Below, piece by piece: positions 8,530 through 19,835 of a stretch of DNA of 64,000 nucleotides. A model generated the notes under the pieces. The model searched no databases. It saw only the letters and a program-made list of their open reading frames with translations, and was not told the origin of the DNA. The stretch is taken from assembly GCA_021731625.1 (NCBI GenBank), contig JAKFXC010000060.1, positions 794 through 64,793 of the forward strand, written 5' to 3'. Within the stretch, counting starts at the first letter, position 1; each line of letters starts with the position of its first letter. The translations under genes and the position numbers were made by a program. The stretch is from Candidatus Omnitrophota bacterium (GTDB lineage Bacteria; Omnitrophota; Gorgyraeia; Zapsychrales; Fredricksoniimonadaceae).

Positions 8530-10989
8530 CTACTCTGCGTCTTCCTTGCCCACCACGTGCGCGATGGAAGTGACGGCGTCGGACTTCCCCAGCGCAATCA
8601 ATCGCACGCCCACGGCGCTGCGGCCGGTCTCGCGGATCTCCGACGGAGAAGAACGGACCACCATGCCCTGCTTGGTCACCGCCATGATTTCATCGTCGTC
8701 ATTGGTGGTGAGCACTCCCACCACAGCCCCGTTTTTTTCGGTCAACTTCACATTGATGATGCCCTTGCCGCCGCGCGAGGTGGTGCGGTAGTCGGCAAAA
8801 TCGGAACGCTTGGCATATCCCAACTCGCAGACGGTAAGAAGCTTGGCGCCGGTCTTGTCCACGTCGGGGGCAAACACCAGCATGCCCACCACATAGTCCT
8901 TTTTCTCCAAATTTATCCCCCGCACGCCCTTGGCGCCGCGGCCCATGTTGCGCAGCTGCTTCTCCTGGAACCGCAGGGCAATGCCCATATGCGTGGCCAA
9001 GAGCACGTCTTCCTTGCCGTTGCTTAACGCCACGCCGATGAGCTCATCGTCTTTTTCTAAGCCGATGCCGACGATGCCGCCCTTGCGCGGGTTGCCGTAG
9101 GCCGACAGCGCGGTCTTTTTGACCAATCCCTGCTTGGTGGCAAAAACCAAGAATTGATCGTCGCGGAATTCTTTCACCGCCACAATGGCGCTGATTTTCT
9201 CGTCGGGTTTAAAAGACAGCAAGTTGATGATGGCTTTGCCCTTGGCGGTGCGTGAGGCGACGGGGATCTCGTAGACCTTCAACCAGCGCACGCTTCCCAG
9301 ATTTGAAAAAATAAGCAAATAGTCTTTCGAGGAGGCCACAAACATGCGTTCCACAAAATCATCTTCCGACGTGGTCATGGCGTTGACCCCCTTGCCCCCG
9401 CGTTTTTGAGAGCGGTATCCGTCCACCGACAAGCGCTTGATGTATCCCTTATTGCTGATGGTGATAGCCATTTCCTCGTCGGCGATCAAATCCTCGATGG
9501 CGATGTCTTCGGCCTTGCCGGCAATCTCGGTGCGGCGCTCGTCCGCGTATTTTTTGCGCAGGGCCGCCAACTCTTCTTTGATGATGGCATCCACCCGCTT
9601 ATCAGACGCCAATATGGCGCGGTAATTGTCAATGTCCTTAAGCAACTGCTGGTACTCGGCCTCAATTTTGTCCCTCTCCAGGGCTGCCAAACGCTGCAAC
9701 TGCATTTCCAAAATGGCCTGGGCCTGGACTTCCGAAAGGTCGAATTTACGGATCAGCGCTTCCTTGGCGTCCGCGGTGGTTTTGGAAGCCCGGATGGTCT
9801 TGATGATTTCATCCAGATGTTTAAAGGCGGTCTTCAGGCCCTCCAGAATGTGAGCGCGGCGCAATGCTTTGTCCAAATCAAACTGGGTCCGTCGGCGGAT
9901 GACCACGCGGCGATGGCCAATGTAATGGCCCATCAATTGCTTGATATTTAAAACTTTGGGGCTTTTGTTGACTAAGGCCAGATTGATGATCCCAAAGGTC
10001 ACTTCCATCTGGGTGTGCTTAAACAAATAATTCAGCACAATATTGGGATCCACTTCCCGGCGAAGTTCAATGACCACCCGGATGCCGTCTTTGTCGCTCT
10101 CGTCGCGGATGTCGGTGATGCCGTCGACCTGTTTGTTCTGCACCAGCTCAGCAATGTGAGCAATGAGATTAGCCTTATTGACTTGATATGGGAGTTCGTT
10201 GATGATGATGAATTCCCGGTTGCCCTTTTGCTGCTCAACGGAAGCCTTGGCGCGGATGATGACTTTGCCGCGGCCATTGTTGTACGCGTCCACGATCCCC
10301 TCACGGCCGCAGATGATGCCGCCGGTCGGAAAATCCGGGCCTTTGACAAACTTCATCAAATCCTTGATGGCGGCCTCGGGGTTGTCCAGCAAATGCACGA
10401 CGCCGTCAATGACTTCGCCCAGATTGTGCGGGGGCATGTTGGTGGCCATGCCGACGGCAATCCCCGAGGAACCGTTGACCAATAAATTGGGAATCATGCC
10501 GGGCAAAATGTCCGGCTCATCCAGCGAGCCGTCGAAATTGGGGGAAAAATCCACCGTCCCTTTGTCAATGTCGTTCATCATCTCTTCGGCCACCGAAGCC
10601 ATGCGTGCCTCGGTGTAACGCATGGCCGCTGCCGCATCGCCGTCAATGGAACCGAAATTCCCCTGCCCGTCGATCAAAGGATAGCGCAAAGAAAATTCCT
10701 GCACCATGCGCACCATGGTGTCATACACCGCGGTGTCGCCGTGGGGATGGTATTTGCCCAGCACCTCGCCCACGATGCGGGCGCTCTTTTTATAAGGCTT
10801 GTTGTGCTCGAGATTGAGTTCCTTCATCGCAAACAAAATGCGGCGGTGCACCGGTTTTAACCCGTCGCGCACATCGGGCAAAGCCCGGCCGACAATGACC
10901 GACATCGAATAGGACAGATAGGAATTCTTCATCTCCTCTTCGATGTACACCGGAACGATTTTCTCTTTTTTATTCAAATCACGCGACAT
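8530..10989 (-). CDS. gyrA: DNA gyrase subunit A
   Basis: 819 aa. N-terminal GyrA motifs ([25 protein letters not shown], active-site Tyr region [10 protein letters not shown]) and C-terminal beta-pinwheel repeats. Confidence 0.95.
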   Translation of the reverse strand: MSRDLNKKEKIVPVYIEEEMKNSYLSYSMSVIVGRALPDVRDGLKPVHRRILFAMKELNLEHNKPYKKSARIVGEVLGKYHPHGDTAVYDTMVRMVQEFSLRYPLIDGQGNFGSIDGDAAAAMRYTEARMASVAEEMMNDIDKGTVDFSPNFDGSLDEPDILPGMIPNLLVNGSSGIAVGMATNMPPHNLGEVIDGVVHLLDNPEAAIKDLMKFVKGPDFPTGGIICGREGIVDAYNNGRGKVIIRAKASVEQQKGNREFIIINELPYQVNKANLIAHIAELVQNKQVDGITDIRDESDKDGIRVVIELRREVDPNIVLNYLFKHTQMEVTFGIINLALVNKSPKVLNIKQLMGHYIGHRRVVIRRRTQFDLDKALRRAHILEGLKTAFKHLDEIIKTIRASKTTADAKEALIRKFDLSEVQAQAILEMQLQRLAALERDKIEAEYQQLLKDIDNYRAILASDKRVDAIIKEELAALRKKYADERRTEIAGKAEDIAIEDLIADEEMAITISNKGYIKRLSVDGYRSQKRGGKGVNAMTTSEDDFVERMFVASSKDYLLIFSNLGSVRWLKVYEIPVASRTAKGKAIINLLSFKPDEKISAIVAVKEFRDDQFLVFATKQGLVKKTALSAYGNPRKGGIVGIGLEKDDELIGVALSNGKEDVLLATHMGIALRFQEKQLRNMGRGAKGVRGINLEKKDYVVGMLVFAPDVDKTGAKLLTVCELGYAKRSDFADYRTTSRGGKGIINVKLTEKNGAVVGVLTTNDDDEIMAVTKQGMVVRSSPSEIRETGRSAVGVRLIALGKSDAVTSIAHVVGKEDAE

Positions 10990-11007
10990 CGCTTACCTTT
11001 CTTTAAA

Positions 11008-11081
11008 AGGGGGACACATACCGTAACCTTAATTCTACGGTAGGTTCTAAGTGGGAATTAAGGTCACGGTATGTGTCCCCT
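11008..11081. repeat. 70-bp palindromic element, copy 1: 25-bp inverted arms GGGACACATACCGTAACCTTAATTC / GAATTAAGGTCACGGTATGTGTCCC around a 19-nt loop
   Basis: Seen directly in the gyrB-gyrA intergenic region. A near-identical copy lies at 32488-32555. Confidence 0.7.
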
Positions 11082-11088
11082 AAATGTC

Positions 11089-13536
<2,448 letters not shown>

Positions 13537-13557
13537 TTAAAAAATGCCGCTCAAGTA

Positions 13558-13830
13558 TTACACTTTCCCGACTTTAAACCGCAACGCTTTAATTTTCGGA
13601 TTTTTTTGGCTGAGTTCTGCCAAATAGTTTGCCTTCTGGGCATTCATGCGCACCAACCTCGCCGAGCAATCCACGTGCACGGTCAAACACCCGTCCTTAA
13701 ATTCCGCTGCCGCGGCGCCTTCGGTCTTGCCGTACAAACGTTCCCACATCTGCGCCAGACCTGTGGGGTTTAAATTCCCCTGGGCCAAAGGCGCAATCAC
13801 CCTTGGAATGATATCCCCAATGGCATCCAT
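13558..13830 (-). CDS. DUF721 protein (DciA-like, putative replicative helicase operator)
   Basis: Internal start MDAIGDIIPRV...WERLYG...GCLTVHVDCSARLVRMNAQKANYLAELSQKNPKIKALRFKVG fits the DUF721 pattern. Its ATG overlaps the dnaN stop by 1 nt (TGATG). Sits in the canonical recF/DUF721 slot between dnaN and gyrB. Confidence 0.6.
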   Translation of the reverse strand: MDAIGDIIPRVIAPLAQGNLNPTGLAQMWERLYGKTEGAAAAEFKDGCLTVHVDCSARLVRMNAQKANYLAELSQKNPKIKALRFKVGKV

Positions 13831-14918
13831 CACAGCCTCATCGGCAACGCCAAATACAAATATTCCCGCAAACGCAGCACGCAAGGCTTGTCCGGGCCCA
13901 GAAATTCCAGCTCCAGGCGCTCGTCAGAAATGTTCTTGAGCACGTCGATAAAAAACTGCGGGTTAAACCCCACCATCATTTCCTGCTGGCCGTACTCAAT
14001 GTCAATTTCTTCCCTGGACTCCCCCACGTCCGGCGTAGTCTTGGAAATCACCAGCTTGTCCTTAAACACCTCGAATTTGATAGCCTGGAAATCGGGGGTG
14101 GACAACAAATTTGCCCGGCGGATGGCAGCCAGCAAATCCGCCGTCTTCACTTTGACTTTATGTGGAATCTCTTTGGGAATGACCTGTTTGTAATTAGGAA
14201 ACTCCCCTTCAATGATGCGGGTGGCAATCAAAATCCCGTCGATGTTAAATAAGACCTGGTTGGGCCCCCCGATGATCACGCAATCTCCCGACTCTTTTAA
14301 ATTGCGGCTTATTTCCGCCACCGCCTTAATGGGAATAATAATAGAAAAATCTTTAGCGCTGGCTTGCAATAATTTTTTCTCAATCTTAGCCAATCGCCGG
14401 CCGTCGGTCGCCACCATCCGCGCCGTGTCTCCGGAAATTTCCAATAACAACCCGTTTAACACATACCGTGATTCCTCATACGAAACCGCGAAAGACGTTA
14501 ACCGGAGCATTTCTTTTAAATCGGTTTGTTTAATCAACACCGCGTCTTTGTCTTTAAATTCTGGAAACTTAGGAAATTCCTCTTTTGGAAGGCCGTTAAG
14601 CTTAAACCGGCAGTTGGTGCCCTCTATTTCAATTTGATTGTTCTTGCGGGCGTAGATGATCACTTCCCCGGCTGGAAGCTCTCTAATAATATCGCTAAAC
14701 TTCTTAGCTGGAATAGTTATCGCCCCTTGTTCAAAAGTATGCACAGGCAATTCACAGGATATACCAATGTCTAAATCCGTTGTGTTCATTTTCAAACCAT
14801 CGCTTTTGGCCTCCACTAACATGTTTGACAGTATAGGAAGTGTGGCCCTGGAAGAGACAATATTACCTACGACCTGGATCCCGCTTAAAAGTTCTTCTTT
14901 CCCAATTTTGATTTTCAT
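13830..14918 (-). CDS. dnaN: DNA polymerase III beta sliding clamp
   Basis: Three-domain beta-clamp pattern starting MMKIKIGKEELLSGIQVV. ATG at 14918 with an AGAAGGA RBS. The ORF-track start at 14921 is an upstream TTG. Confidence 0.9.
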   Translation of the reverse strand: MKIKIGKEELLSGIQVVGNIVSSRATLPILSNMLVEAKSDGLKMNTTDLDIGISCELPVHTFEQGAITIPAKKFSDIIRELPAGEVIIYARKNNQIEIEGTNCRFKLNGLPKEEFPKFPEFKDKDAVLIKQTDLKEMLRLTSFAVSYEESRYVLNGLLLEISGDTARMVATDGRRLAKIEKKLLQASAKDFSIIIPIKAVAEISRNLKESGDCVIIGGPNQVLFNIDGILIATRIIEGEFPNYKQVIPKEIPHKVKVKTADLLAAIRRANLLSTPDFQAIKFEVFKDKLVISKTTPDVGESREEIDIEYGQQEMMVGFNPQFFIDVLKNISDERLELEFLGPDKPCVLRLREYLYLALPMRL

Positions 14919-14921
14919 CAA

Positions 14922-15094
14922 GGCATCCTTCTTATTGCTGTTGGAAATTTTCGCTCCATATAGCCGTCATATTAGTAAGGGTTGTGGATAAATTGAATGA
15001 AACACAAAACCCATTATTTATCAGTATCTTACAATTATTCACAGCTGTGGATAACACTTGAATAAACGGGTAAGTTATACACAATATTCCAACC
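14922..15094. promoter_or_regulatory. Candidate oriC: AT-rich dnaA-dnaN intergenic region with DnaA boxes
   Basis: TGTGGATAA at 14983-14991 (perfect). Dyad TTATTCACA-GC-TGTGGATAA at 15035-15054. TTATACACA at 15075-15083. Surrounded by AT-rich sequence. Confidence 0.6.
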
Positions 15095-16429
15095 CTATTC
15101 TAATAGAACAAAATTCAAATGCTCAACGATTTTTTGTATTTCTTTGTTGCTGTTCAATTCGTTTTCAATTTTGCGGCAGGCATGCAAGATGGTGGTGTGG
15201 TCCTTGCCGCCAAAAGCCGCGCCGATTTCAGGCAATGAATGGGATGTCAGCTTGCGGGCCAGGTACATGGCTGCTTGTCTGGGCAAAATGATATTTTTGT
15301 GCCGTTTCTTGGTTTTTAAGTCTGCCACCGCGATTTTAAAATAGGCGGCCACCTCTTTTTGCACCATTTCCACACTAATGGTTTTGACGGTTTCCCTCAC
15401 CATGTCTTTGAGCACATTCTTGGCCACCTGCAAGTTGACGGGTTTGCCTTCCAGCAAAGCATAGGCCACCACGCGGATGAGTGCCCCCTCGAGCTCGCGG
15501 ATGTTGGACTTGATTTCAGCGGCGATGAAAGTCACCACATCGTCGGCAACCACCACGGACTCCAGCTCCAGCTTTTTCCTTAAGATGGCCACGCGGGTTT
15601 CATAGTCCGGCGGCTGAATGTCGGTAATCAAGCCCCAGGCAAAGCGCGACACCAGGCGCTCCTCCAGGTTAGCGATTTCTTTCGGCGGCCGGTCGGAACA
15701 GATGATGATTTGCTTGCAGTGGTCGTGCAGGCTGTTAAAGGTGTGAAAAAATTCTTCCTGGGTGGATTCTTTGCCGGCGATGAAATGGATGTCGTCGATG
15801 AGCAGCACATCGATGGTGCGGTATTTTTGCCGAAACGCCTCGGTGGCGCGGTGCCGAATGGCATTGATGAGCTCGTTGGTGAATTTTTCCGATGATAAAT
15901 AACACACCTTGAGCGACGGATGCCGGCTGCTGATTTCGTGGGTAATGGCCTGCATGAGGTGAGTCTTGCCCAACCCCACCGGACCATAAATAAAGAAAGG
16001 ATTATAGGTTTTGGCCGGAAAATCCGCCACGGCGTGGGCGGCCGCAAAGGCAAAACGGTTTGACGGGCCCACCACAAAATTTTCAAAGACGAAGCGGCTG
16101 TTGAGGCCTAAATTTTTATTGCCGCTGTCAAAATGCTGCTCCAGCCGGTTTAATTTTTCCTGCACCGGTTTATTGAGCAGCCCGGTGTTGACTTCAAACT
16201 GCAGGGCCAGGTCCTCCCCGGACTGGGTTCTTAAACAGCGCGCGATCATAGTGGCGTAGTGCTCCACGATCCAGTTTTTAAAAAATTCATCCGGCGCTTG
16301 CACGGTGATGGTCTTGCCTTCCCCGTGGTCGACCGCGTTTAAGTTGGTAAACCAGGTGTCATAAGACGTGTCTCCGATGGCGGCGCGGATGGGTTGTTGG
16401 ACTTTTTGCCAGACTTCGAGGAGATTCAT
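15095..16429 (-). CDS. dnaA: Chromosomal replication initiator DnaA
   Basis: AAA+ domain (FIYGPVGLGKTHLMQAI, Walker B LLIDDIHF) and C-terminal DNA-binding domain (ILPRQAAMYLARKLTSHSLPEIGAAFGGKDHTTILHA). True start taken as MNLLEVWQKV at 16429. The ORF-track N-terminal extension (to 16783) reads through a tandem repeat. Confidence 0.9.
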   Translation of the reverse strand: MNLLEVWQKVQQPIRAAIGDTSYDTWFTNLNAVDHGEGKTITVQAPDEFFKNWIVEHYATMIARCLRTQSGEDLALQFEVNTGLLNKPVQEKLNRLEQHFDSGNKNLGLNSRFVFENFVVGPSNRFAFAAAHAVADFPAKTYNPFFIYGPVGLGKTHLMQAITHEISSRHPSLKVCYLSSEKFTNELINAIRHRATEAFRQKYRTIDVLLIDDIHFIAGKESTQEEFFHTFNSLHDHCKQIIICSDRPPKEIANLEERLVSRFAWGLITDIQPPDYETRVAILRKKLELESVVVADDVVTFIAAEIKSNIRELEGALIRVVAYALLEGKPVNLQVAKNVLKDMVRETVKTISVEMVQKEVAAYFKIAVADLKTKKRHKNIILPRQAAMYLARKLTSHSLPEIGAAFGGKDHTTILHACRKIENELNSNKEIQKIVEHLNFVLLE

Positions 16430-16452
16430 ACTTAAGGTAAGGCGTTCACAAG

Positions 16453-16472
16453 TTATCCACAGCTGTGGACAT
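16453..16472. promoter_or_regulatory. DnaA-box dyad TTATCCACA-GC-TGTGGACAT upstream of dnaA
   Basis: Perfect TTATCCACA at 16453-16461. Inverted partner at 16464-16472 with 2 mismatches to TGTGGATAA. Same architecture as the dyad at 15035-15054. Confidence 0.6.
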
Positions 16473-16523
16473 CGTCGGAGCAGCCGGGACTCCCTCTCGG
16501 GGCCATCTTCTCTCCAACGTTTC

Positions 16524-16765
16524 ATGTCCCTCGACCCTTCGGGCCAATCCTGCTTCGCAGTATTGGGGATTACCCCACTCATAAAAAACGCTCGGGGGTT
16601 ACCTCTCGGGACGAACGGCTTGTCCCTCGACCCTTCGGGCCAATCCTGCTTCGCAGTATTGGGGATTACCCCACTCATAAAAAACGCTCGGGGGTTACCT
16701 CTCGGGACGAACGGCTTGTCCCTCGACCCTTCGGGCCAATCCTGCTTCGCAGTATTGGGGATTAT
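16524..16765. repeat. Tandem repeat, 96-bp unit x about 2.5, between the DnaA boxes and rpmH
   Basis: Unit GTCCCTCGACCCTTCGGGCCAATCCTGCTTCGCAGTATTGGGGATTACCCCACTCATAAAAAACGCTCGGGGGTTACCTCTCGGGACGAACGGCTT repeated at 16524, 16620 and partially at 16716. Both strands give spurious repeat ORFs because the unit is 32 codons long. Confidence 0.85.
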
Positions 16766-16861
16766 AACAAACAAAATTGACAATGCAACGGATTTTTCGT
16801 ATCGCTCGATATTCCCGACGGCTTCAGCTGTGATTTTGCAGTCTGGACAATTGTAAAAAAC

Positions 16862-16889
16862 TTGACTTGGGGATGCCCTGTGTTATAAT
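16862..16889 (+). promoter_or_regulatory. Sigma70-type promoter for rpmH (TTGACT-16 bp-TATAAT)
   Basis: TTGACT at 16862-16867, TATAAT at 16884-16889, about 10 nt before the rpmH ATG. Confidence 0.55.
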
Positions 16890-16898
16890 CGACAAATT

Positions 16899-17039
16899 AT
16901 GAAAAAGCATTTAAAGACCCCTACCAAAATTGTGGGCAAGAGGAAACACGGTTTTCGCAGGCGCATGGCAACATCCGACGGCAGAGAGGTGCTTAGACGC
17001 CGCCGGGCCAAGGGCCGCCATAACATTATCCCGTTATAA
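16899..17039 (+). CDS. rpmH: 50S ribosomal protein L34
   Basis: 46-aa [49 protein letters not shown] matches the L34 pattern (HGFRxRMAT...GRxVLxRRRAKGR). Below the ORF-track size cutoff. Confidence 0.9.
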   Translation: MKKHLKTPTKIVGKRKHGFRRRMATSDGREVLRRRRAKGRHNIIPL

Positions 17040-17054
17040 AATCCCCGGCTTTCC

Positions 17055-17264
17055 ATGATCAGTCAGGTCACTATCGGCTTTATCAGGCTGTACCGGCGTA
17101 TATGCTTTTTCACCGCCGGACACTGTCGATTTTCCCCTTCCTGCTCGGACTATGCCATTGATGCCATTAACAAGCACGGCACCCTGAAAGGAATGACCTT
17201 AGCTCTTTGGCGGCTGTTACGATGTTCTCCCCTATCTCACGGCGGCCATGATCCGGTAAAATAA
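17055..17264 (+). CDS. yidD: Membrane protein insertion efficiency factor YidD
   Basis: [45 protein letters not shown] matches the YidD signature. Confidence 0.85.
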   Translation: MISQVTIGFIRLYRRICFFTAGHCRFSPSCSDYAIDAINKHGTLKGMTLALWRLLRCSPLSHGGHDPVK

Positions 17265-18841
17265 TGATGGAACGAAAAACAATCCTGGCCATTTTTGCCT
17301 CCCTAGCGGTTTTATTCCTCTATCAGAGCATTTTTGTTCCGCCTAAACGGCCGCAAACAGCTGTTAATTCAGAAGTTATTGAAAGTAAACAAGTTAAGAA
17401 AATAACTGATGTTATCCTGCAACAGACCTCAAAAAAGCCAATACACTCCACTGATCCAGAAATAGTGGCCGAAAACTACGATATAAAAACCCCATCACTG
17501 AATATGCAAGTTTCAAATGTGGGCGGGTCTCTCCACAATGTCGGAGTCGGCCATCACCCTGTTTTTCCTTTGGATGACATTCTGGTTATTCCGGGGTTCG
17601 AGTCTGTTGAGTTCAAACCAAGGGTTGACGGCAAGAGCTATGCGTATGAGAATGACAATTGGCGGATCGTGAAAACTGTCGAATCTATTGATGAGAATGC
17701 GTTTAAGGTAAAAATCGAATTTTTTCCATCCCGCATGATGTCCAGACTGGAAAATCTCGAGTTCGTACTATTTGGTATTAATTCTAATATGATTGATCCA
17801 AGTAATAAGAGGGAGACCATGCTGGACGAGTATTCTGTCAATAGCAATGATAAGATTGTTCGCAAGGGGAACGCGTTTAAATTTGAGCAGAAAGAGGCAA
17901 AGAGCCAAGATGGCACGGTGAAGTGGGCTGGATTTAGAGATCACTATAATGCTTTTGTGGTTAGGCCCGAATTCCAGACTAAAGGCCATGCGATTAAAGT
18001 AGTTTCGGATAAGGAGCTTCAGGTCTCGGTTGTTCCTCAGGAACATCGGGTGGCGCAAGGGGAGCCGCAGTCGTTCGAATTTACAGTGTATGCAGGTCCT
18101 CAGAGCGTTTCCCTCATGAAGACCTACGAGAAGGAATTTGAGAAGATTGTGGCTTTTAGCGGATTTTGGCTCATTAACGGCATAGCCATGGCCATATATT
18201 ATACTATACCGTTTTTACATAACATATTTAAAAGCTGGGGGTTATGTATTATATTGATAGCGCTATTGGTTTATGCGTTAAGCTATCCGCTGACGATTAA
18301 AAGCATGGCATCCATGCGGAAAATGCAGCTCATTTCACCTAAGATTAAGGCAATTCAGGACCGCAACAAGGGTGACCCAAAAAAGGCCCAGGCTGAGATC
18401 TTAGAGGTTTATCGTCGGGAAAAGATTAATCCCATGGGAGGGTGTCTGCCGCTTATTTTACAGATGCCCTTATTTATGGCATTGTATCAGGTGATCTGGC
18501 GGGCGCATTATTTTAATGGCGAGGGGTTCTTGTGGGTCCGGGATTTGACCTTGCCGGATCGATTATTTATTCTACCTTTTTCATTGCCTTTTCTGGGGAA
18601 TGAATTTAATATATTACCTATACTCATGGCCATTGTCATGGCCGCACAACAGTTTTTATCCGCGAAGAGCATGGTCATTACCGACGAGCAGCAGGCCTTG
18701 CAACAGAAGATGATGATGTACATATTTCCGGGATTTATAGGGTTTATTTTTTATAAATTTGCTGCCGGGCTATCGTTGTATTTTACAGTGTTTTATTTGT
18801 TGTCAACCCTTACCCAGTGGAAAATGATGAAGGTGAAATGA
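17264..18841 (+). CDS. yidC: Membrane protein insertase YidC
   Basis: Long periplasmic domain then conserved 5-TM core (GGCLPLILQMPLFMALYQVI...). Confidence 0.9.
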   Translation: MMERKTILAIFASLAVLFLYQSIFVPPKRPQTAVNSEVIESKQVKKITDVILQQTSKKPIHSTDPEIVAENYDIKTPSLNMQVSNVGGSLHNVGVGHHPVFPLDDILVIPGFESVEFKPRVDGKSYAYENDNWRIVKTVESIDENAFKVKIEFFPSRMMSRLENLEFVLFGINSNMIDPSNKRETMLDEYSVNSNDKIVRKGNAFKFEQKEAKSQDGTVKWAGFRDHYNAFVVRPEFQTKGHAIKVVSDKELQVSVVPQEHRVAQGEPQSFEFTVYAGPQSVSLMKTYEKEFEKIVAFSGFWLINGIAMAIYYTIPFLHNIFKSWGLCIILIALLVYALSYPLTIKSMASMRKMQLISPKIKAIQDRNKGDPKKAQAEILEVYRREKINPMGGCLPLILQMPLFMALYQVIWRAHYFNGEGFLWVRDLTLPDRLFILPFSLPFLGNEFNILPILMAIVMAAQQFLSAKSMVITDEQQALQQKMMMYIFPGFIGFIFYKFAAGLSLYFTVFYLLSTLTQWKMMKVK

Positions 18842-19029
18842 TGTTTCTAGAAGGGGGATTTAAGGAATTTGAGGGCGGTACTGTGGAAGAGGCCATTGGC
18901 AAGGCAGAGAAAATATTTGGCGTTGGACGTGAAACGTTGGATATTAAAGTAGTCTGTGAGGAGAAGCGGGGCCTTTTTGGCATGAGGGGTGCAAAATTAG
19001 CGAAAATCAAAGCTACGATCAAGAAGTAA
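18838..19029 (+). CDS. Jag_N-domain-only protein (truncated Jag/KhpB homologue)
   Basis: FKEFEGGTVEEAIGKAEKIFGVGRETLDIKVVCEEKRGLFGMRGAKLAKIKATIKK matches the Jag N-terminal domain. No KH/R3H domains follow. ATG overlaps the yidC stop (ATGA). Confidence 0.55.
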   Translation: MMFLEGGFKEFEGGTVEEAIGKAEKIFGVGRETLDIKVVCEEKRGLFGMRGAKLAKIKATIKK

Positions 19030-19073
19030 GCCAAACCCCTGTTCCACATGAAACAATCGGGAAAGGCCCGAAC

Positions 19074-19835
19074 ATGTCTAAGATCATAGCTGTGTGCAAC
19101 CAGAAGGGGGGCACCGGCAAAACGACAACTTCGGTTAATTTAGCCGCATCTATAGCCGCATTAGGAAAAAAGGTTCTCTTGGTGGATATGGATCCCCAAG
19201 GGAATGCTACAAGTGGAGTGGGGGTCAACAAGAGCGACATTAAGACCTCCATATATGATGTCCTGGTCCACAAATTTCAAATCGCCGACATTATTCATAA
19301 AACTGATTATCCGAACTTAGATATTGTTCCTTGCAACATTCATCTTACGGGCGCGGAAATTGAATTGGTGGGGGCTATCTCCCGCGAAACCCGATTGAAG
19401 AAATCCCTGGACCAGATTAAGAGTAACTATGATTTTATCTTCATTGATTCCCCGCCATCGCTGGGGCTGTTGACTTTAAATACCCTAGTTGCTGCGGACT
19501 CTCTTTTAATTCCTATACAATGTGAATTTTACGCCTTGGAAGGAGTATCGCAACTACTTAATACCATTGGACTTATAAAAGATGGCATGAACTCTAATTT
19601 GGAAATTCAAGGCGTGTTGATGACCATGGCTGACTACCGCACCAATTTGACCAATGAGGTCATCAATGAAATTAAAACCTATTTCAAAGAGAAGGTGTAC
19701 AGGACCGTCATTCCTCGCAACGTGCGCCTGAGCGAAGCGCCTAGCTACGGAAAGCCCATTACCTACTATGATCCCCAATCCGCCGGCTCTCTCAAATATC
19801 AGGAATTGGCAGAAGAATTCTTAAGGAGATTTTAG
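19074..19835 (+). CDS. parA: Chromosome partitioning ATPase ParA/Soj
   Basis: IIAVCNQKGGTGKTTTSVNLAASIA deviant Walker A. Typical ParA length. Confidence 0.9.
   Translation: MSKIIAVCNQKGGTGKTTTSVNLAASIAALGKKVLLVDMDPQGNATSGVGVNKSDIKTSIYDVLVHKFQIADIIHKTDYPNLDIVPCNIHLTGAEIELVGAISRETRLKKSLDQIKSNYDFIFIDSPPSLGLLTLNTLVAADSLLIPIQCEFYALEGVSQLLNTIGLIKDGMNSNLEIQGVLMTMADYRTNLTNEVINEIKTYFKEKVYRTVIPRNVRLSEAPSYGKPITYYDPQSAGSLKYQELAEEFLRRF

Noticed and set aside
8462-9027. Plus-strand ORFs (109 and 183 aa) inside gyrA
   Set aside because: Antisense or alternate-frame artefacts within a strongly supported gyrA CDS.
16430-16783. N-terminal 118-aa extension of the dnaA ORF (MSILFVIIPNTAKQDWPEG... with a triplicated 32-aa peptide)
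   Set aside because: It is a read-through of the 96-bp (32-codon) tandem repeat. DnaA homology begins at MNLLEVWQKV (16429), so the extension is not coding.
16368-16856. Plus-strand ORF (162 aa) with repeated LDPSGQSCFAVLGITPLIKNARGLPLGTNGLS
   Set aside because: Same tandem repeat read on the other strand. A stop-free repeat unit trivially gives long ORFs. No RBS or start context.
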